Below, one piece after another: positions 36,977-39,682 of a stretch of 39,682 nt of DNA (the first letter of the stretch is position 1; each line of letters starts with the position of its first letter). The DNA comes from Silvanigrellaceae bacterium (GTDB lineage Bacteria; Bdellovibrionota_B; Oligoflexia; Silvanigrellales; Silvanigrellaceae): NCBI GenBank assembly GCA_049423385.1, contig JBMSQQ010000024.1:1-39682 (forward strand). Reading direction: 5' to 3'. The notes under the pieces are model-generated. The model saw only the letters and a list, made by a program, of their open reading frames with translations, was not told the origin of the DNA and made no database searches. Position numbers and translations under genes: made by a program.

Positions 36977-37986
36977 TTGGTGAGGCTTCCTTTGTTGAAG
37001 TAGGCTTGAATGAGTTTGGCCATTGCGAAATCCTTCTCGGTCACACCCCAGCGAGGCTCGTGTGTCACCAGTGAAATTTCGATGGAAGTGAAATCCCGGA
37101 GCAAGAAACTGGTGTGATGATCGCAAATCTCGTGTGCATCATGCAACCAGTTCATTCTTTCAACGGCCTCGGCATGGGTTTTGAAGTTGAACGTCGCCGA
37201 CAGACAAAAACCATGTGAGTCGCGATCCACGCTCCATGAAGAGAGTGCCTCACCCGCATTTTTCACTTGTGGACGCGGGTCATCCATCAGGGTTCTGCTG
37301 GCATTTTGCACGTCGATGAAGAGCGCATGTGGCCTGGCAAAGCGTAGAGTGGTTTCGCGCATGATTGCTTCTTCTGGAAGGATTCCGGCAGTCCGACAGC
37401 ATTCCGTGATGTCTGTCAAATATTGACCTGCCCGGGTTTTGGGGTTGGGCAACTCAATTTGTTTATGGATTTCTGTCACGTATTTGAGACGGACAAGGAA
37501 CGGTGCAATCGCAATGTCGATGGCATTCAATTCATTTCCACCAAAAAAACGATGACCCTGAGCAGACAACATTTCGTCCAGCCAGGCCCACGCAGTCGCA
37601 AGGCGTTTGGCGGCTGCGTTCAGGCTGTTGGTGTTGCCGTTGGAATAAATGGCTTGTTGAAGTGCTGAAAGCAGATTGCTGTTTGCGGTTTCCCGGAGAA
37701 CTTTTGTCTGGGCAATTTGGCGCGGAGTGGTGCCGTAGATTTTGGGTCCCTTGGCCTCAAGACTGTCCAGGAATTCCATAATCACCAGACTCTCGTGAAA
37801 ACCTTGGCCAGTTTCAAATTCAAGCGTTGGTACACTTCCGGAGGGATTGATTTGCAACATTCCTGCTGGAGGTTTGTTGAGGTCGATTTCAATTGATTGG
37901 ATTTGTAGTTTGTTGATTTGTCGCACGTGGCAAGCCAAAAGGACCCTGTGAACGAAGGGGCAGGCTGGAATCATGTACAATTTCAC
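36973..37986 (-). CDS. Fusion protein: Cys-type (omega-like, CPF) glutathione S-transferase + pterin-4a-carbinolamine dehydratase-like domain
   Basis: N-terminal ACPFVHRV, INPSGSVPTL, HESLVIMEFLD and FFGG..LNAIDIAIAPFL. C-terminal W...TFNFKTHAEA...EICDHHT...LVTHE..GVTEKDFAMAKLI. GTG 37986 follows AAGGAG. Confidence 0.82.
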   Translation of the reverse strand: MKLYMIPACPFVHRVLLACHVRQINKLQIQSIEIDLNKPPAGMLQINPSGSVPTLEFETGQGFHESLVIMEFLDSLEAKGPKIYGTTPRQIAQTKVLRETANSNLLSALQQAIYSNGNTNSLNAAAKRLATAWAWLDEMLSAQGHRFFGGNELNAIDIAIAPFLVRLKYVTEIHKQIELPNPKTRAGQYLTDITECCRTAGILPEEAIMRETTLRFARPHALFIDVQNASRTLMDDPRPQVKNAGEALSSWSVDRDSHGFCLSATFNFKTHAEAVERMNWLHDAHEICDHHTSFLLRDFTSIEISLVTHEPRWGVTEKDFAMAKLIQAYFNKGSLTK

Positions 37987-38099
37987 GATGGCAACTCCTT
38001 GCACGGGGCGTCAGTGGATCGTCGTGTTGGCGTGGAAAGCCTCCGGTTTTATGCGCCCGAGCCGAAGACGTTACGAGACACAGTGCGGGGGCGCAACCC

Positions 38100-38585
38100 A
38101 TGAAATTGGAGTGGGACCAGATCATTCACGTGTATTTTCCGGTGACAGTCGCCGTATCTGCGCAACTCGCCTTCCTGTTGCTGCCCATCAATCTCAGGAC
38201 CTGGAGAAGCGACCTTCTGAATGCCTGGACATACTCCGGCATTCAGGTCTTTGTAGCTGGTCTCTTGTTTATTGTTATTCCAAGGGTTTTTGCGGTTTTT
38301 CACCTGTCTGACTCGGCGACTTTGATTGTCTTGATGTCTGTTTTTGTAGCAAGTTGGTGGAGGATTGTTAAAAGCATCCCCTTGGAAGCAACCCATCCCG
38401 TCACTCCCGAATTCCTCGAGCAGCCTGTGGTCTCGTTTGACTCATTCTATAACGCCGAAAGATTGAGGCAGCTTGGTGAATTGTCCGGCGACAGCTCATA
38501 CACGATGCAAAGGCAGCGGGCCTTGCGTGAAATGCTCGTGAGAAGGCGTGTCGACAGCGGCACCCGCGAAACTGAAGAAGCATAA
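38100..38585 (+). CDS. Hypothetical membrane protein (~3 TM segments + charged C-terminal tail)
   Basis: Three hydrophobic stretches followed by a polar tail. Fills the gap between the divergent GST gene and tuf. Confidence 0.6.
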   Translation: MKLEWDQIIHVYFPVTVAVSAQLAFLLLPINLRTWRSDLLNAWTYSGIQVFVAGLLFIVIPRVFAVFHLSDSATLIVLMSVFVASWWRIVKSIPLEATHPVTPEFLEQPVVSFDSFYNAERLRQLGELSGDSSYTMQRQRALREMLVRRRVDSGTRETEEA

Positions 38586-38711
38586 ATCGGTCAAAATTGC
38601 CCTGACGTCCGGTTGCAATTTGAAAACAGGTTTTGTATCACTGGCCCACCGTGCCCGCCCTCAGGACATTCGGGGCGGTGTAAATCGTTTTAATGTCTGG
38701 AGGAAGCCGCG

Positions 38712-39682
38712 GTGGCAAAGGAAAAATTTGAGCGCTCCAAGCCTCATATGAACATCGGTACAATCGGTCACGTTGACCATGGCAAGACCACGCTGACAGC
38801 AGCAATTTCGTCTGTGTTGGCAAAGGCGTTCAACAAGGTTGCTACAAAGTTCGATGAAATCGACAAAGCACCTGAAGAGAAGGCACGCGGAATTACCATC
38901 AACGCGTCGCACATCGAATACGAAACAAACAACCGTCACTATGCTCACGTGGACTGCCCAGGACACGCCGACTATGTGAAGAACATGATTACGGGTGCTG
39001 CGCAGATGGACGGTGCAATCCTCGTGGTTGCTGCGACCGACGGTCCAATGCCCCAGACTCGTGAACACATCCTTCTGGCTCGCCAGGTGGGCGTTCCGTT
39101 CATCGTTGTCTTCTTGAACAAGTGCGACATCGCTGACCCAGAACTCATCGACCTCGTTGAAATGGAAGTTCGCGACCTGCTCAGCAAGTACAAGTTCCCT
39201 GGTGATGACACTCCAATCATCCGCGGTTCTGCTTTGGGCGCACTCGAGAAGGGCACGGGCGCTCGCGATGACGCTGCCAGCAAGTGCATCTTTGAATTGA
39301 TGGATGCTGTTGACACTTATATTGCAGAACCAGCACGTCCACTCGACAAGCCATTCCTGATGCCTATCGAAGACGTGTTCTCGATTTCTGGCCGCGGAAC
39401 TGTTGTGACCGGTCGTGTTGAGCAAGGTATCGTCAGGACAGGCGACGAAATCGAAATCGTTGGTATCCGTCCTACGTCCAAGACGACATGTACGGGCGTT
39501 GAAATGTTCCGCAAGATCCTCGACCAGGGTCAAGCTGGCGACAACGTTGGTGTTCTTCTTCGCGGTACGAAGCGGGAAGATGTTGAGCGCGGACAAGTTC
39601 TTGCCAAGACAGGCTCAATCAAGCCTTTCAGCAAGTTCAAGGCTCAAGTGTATATCTTGAACAAAGACGAAGGTGGACGTCA
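38712..39682 (+). CDS. tuf: Elongation factor Tu (runs off window end)
   Basis: Absent from the ORF track because it has no stop in the window. GTG 38712 follows GGAGG and translates as [28 protein letters not shown]...RGITIN...[23 protein letters not shown]...NKCD. Confidence 0.99.
   Translation, partial: MAKEKFERSKPHMNIGTIGHVDHGKTTLTAAISSVLAKAFNKVATKFDEIDKAPEEKARGITINASHIEYETNNRHYAHVDCPGHADYVKNMITGAAQMDGAILVVAATDGPMPQTREHILLARQVGVPFIVVFLNKCDIADPELIDLVEMEVRDLLSKYKFPGDDTPIIRGSALGALEKGTGARDDAASKCIFELMDAVDTYIAEPARPLDKPFLMPIEDVFSISGRGTVVTGRVEQGIVRTGDEIEIVGIRPTSKTTCTGVEMFRKILDQGQAGDNVGVLLRGTKREDVERGQVLAKTGSIKPFSKFKAQVYILNKDEGGR

Noticed and set aside
38661..39596. 311-aa minus-strand ORF
   Set aside because: Antisense to tuf, a common artifact of strongly biased codon usage.
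1..39682. CRISPR arrays, tRNA/rRNA genes, IS elements
   Set aside because: No regularly spaced repeats, cloverleafs or transposase motifs seen. All intergenic gaps are under about 330 nt.

Overview
Gene-dense bacterial chromosomal window from a diderm organism. The many lipoproteins, a degenerate PilZ protein and a giant adhesin tentatively suggest a Bdellovibrionota/Oligoflexia-like lineage. In order: 5' end of fabF; HAD hydrolase, LplA-family ligase and secreted thermonuclease; MoxR ATPase, PilZ-like protein and threonine aldolase; gpsA, mfd and a TPR/beta-barrel protein; MltD-type lytic transglycosylase, thioredoxin and a DUF6952-like protein; DUF2797; a ~960-codon ABC1/UbiB-family kinase gene broken by one in-frame TAA; an Rrf2-sufS-sufU-sufC-sufB-sufD-Rieske-GST cluster; a 1672-aa mosaic cadherin/LamG/discoidin lipoprotein; two orphan lipoproteins; a tightly coupled operon GST::pterin-carbinolamine-dehydratase fusion, mtnA, RuBisCO-like mtnW, mtnB, half-size TauE, glucan phosphorylase; and the start of tuf. 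I saw no rRNA, tRNA, CRISPR array or mobile element. The most unusual signals are the methionine-salvage operon (GST-PCD fusion, eukaryote-like MtnA, RLP with an altered phosphate loop), the nonsense-interrupted kinase and the mosaic adhesin. All family assignments come from motif recognition and recalled reference sequences, not database searches.
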